This document shows positions 24,665 to 25,642 of a stretch of DNA of 25,642 bases, in pieces. The DNA comes from a virus (taxonomy: Duplodnaviria > Caudoviricetes), in the IMG/VR virus record IMGVR_UViG_3300027863_001452, positions 1 through 25,642 of that record, one strand, 5' to 3'. How positions within the stretch are numbered: position 1 is the stretch's first letter; each line of letters opens with the position of its first letter. The position numbers were made by a program, and so were the translations under genes. The notes under the pieces are model-generated. The model had not been told where the DNA came from and did no database searches. It saw only the letters and a list, made by a program, of their open reading frames with translations.

Positions 24665-25031
24665 TTTTGCTCACCAACTCTTTAACCTCTTCAGGAGAGA
24701 GACTTAAAACCTTTTCCCTCGGCATATTGTATGCTTTCATAATCATGTACACTACTGCCTCCATATATTCTTTTCGTTCAACATATTCTGCCACCTTCAT
24801 CTGGTCAAAAGGCGTCAGTTTTCCCTTCAACATAACCTTCTTCTTCTTTTCTCTAAAACGTTCCAACATAATATTTGCTACCGTGACAGTGAATGTTCCG
24901 AGGACAAAATACAGTATACTTGTTCCAATGAAAATGCTTGAGAGTGCCAAGACTCCGGAGACGATAAGGAAAACCTTATTTTCTATTTTCAAGTAATTCA
25001 CCACCTTTCTTTGCACCGACCAAAAGCCCAT
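24651..25031 (-). CDS. Hypothetical membrane protein (start uncertain)
   Basis: Long hydrophobic segment (about two TMs) followed by a basic run and helical C-terminal domain. Confidence 0.65.
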   Translation of the reverse strand: MGFWSVQRKVVNYLKIENKVFLIVSGVLALSSIFIGTSILYFVLGTFTVTVANIMLERFREKKKKVMLKGKLTPFDQMKVAEYVERKEYMEAVVYMIMKAYNMPREKVLSLSPEEVKELVSKIEYA

Positions 25032-25287
25032 AATCTATTTCATCATACCATGAGAGGAGGAGGAAAATTAGCATACAAGGATGTAGAATGTAGTCGAGTG
25101 CATAGATTGGAAATACTATAACCTTTCCTTCTTTCGAAAGAACATGTTTCTCTGCCCACTTTCTCCTCTCATGTTCTGGTAAAGGTTTCTTGTAGTAAAT
25201 GTACATTAGAAGGTTCTCCAAAAGCCTTGAATCCTCTTCGTCCAAGCCATACATTTCCGTGAACACTTTTCTAACATCCATCATCAC
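24976..25287 (-). CDS. Hypothetical protein (103 aa)
   Basis: ORF with TTTTAAAA box at ~25306. Confidence 0.6.
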   Translation of the reverse strand: MMMDVRKVFTEMYGLDEEDSRLLENLLMYIYYKKPLPEHERRKWAEKHVLSKEGKVIVFPIYALDYILHPCMLIFLLLSWYDEIDYGLLVGAKKGGELLENRK

Positions 25288-25379
25288 AAGAATGTTAGAA
25301 CACTCTTTTAAAAACCTTTCTCAACAAAGTCAAGGGTAAAGGTTTAAATTGTCTTCTAGAATATAAAATTTGAAGATAG

Positions 25380-25642
25380 ATGGTAAACCCAAGCGTTGTT
25401 GGAACAAGCACCACAGGTGCAGTACCATATCCTCATCAGCGTAAAACTTTCTATGCTAATGGACGCTTCTGGGTCTTCTACTCTGATGGAAGGAACATGG
25501 TTTACAGGACAAGTACTGACGGTTCAACATGGAGTTCGGCTACAACTGTTAGAGCGGCAATCAATGGAAGCCTTTTTAGTGTATGGTTTGATGGAACATA
25601 CCTGCATTACGCTTACGCCTATAATTCAGCAATCTATTATAG
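25380..25642 (+). CDS. Asp-box (BNR) beta-propeller protein, N-terminal fragment; probable virion/adhesin protein
   Basis: MVNPSVVGTSTTG...FWVFYSDG...YRTSTDGSTWS (SxDGxTW)...; frame stays open to the window end; AAAGG-TTTAAAT promoter at ~25338. Confidence 0.75.
   Translation, partial: MVNPSVVGTSTTGAVPYPHQRKTFYANGRFWVFYSDGRNMVYRTSTDGSTWSSATTVRAAINGSLFSVWFDGTYLHYAYAYNSAIYY

Noticed and set aside
401-24996. Remaining short ORFs antisense to or nested in long genes (e.g. 401..886, 1611..1856, 6031..6384, 12445..13447, 16010..16816, 19212..23096, 24640..24996)
   Set aside because: They overlap well-supported genes, have no recognisable motifs and show shadow-frame composition
24398-25031. Tail assembly chaperone pair with programmed frameshift
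   Set aside because: The C-terminal helix pattern is only vaguely similar, the protein has TM segments, no slippery site is evident at the junction and no major tail gene is adjacent

Overview
A 25.6-kb segment of a tailed (HK97-fold, Caudoviricetes-type) archaeal virus or provirus, probably from a thermophile (K/E-rich proteins, BRE-TATA promoters, GGTGA Shine-Dalgarno sites). The left part (1-5.8 kb) is an accessory/early region. It holds a tRNA-Ile with the rare UAU anticodon, a clear AcrIII-1 (DUF1874) viral ring nuclease and many small unknown ORFs. It also holds a ~400-bp non-coding, strand-skewed repeat locus (3660-4060) carrying ORB-like TCCAnTGGAAAC boxes. The same box sits in a conserved promoter/leader unit shared by AcrIII-1 and two unknown genes. 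The middle is a scrambled virion module: a 1050-aa repeat protein, CxxCxxCC protein, GT4 glycosyltransferase, tail-terminator-like protein, major capsid, cement protein, protease-scaffold with an apparent internal promoter, and large terminase. The right part is an archaeal-type replication module: DHH/RecJ-like protein, PolB with two LAGLIDADG inteins, PriX-like protein and RadA-like ATPase, followed by the start of an Asp-box propeller protein. No integrase, portal or CRISPR array is visible. All calls come from motif recognition by eye; no searches were run.
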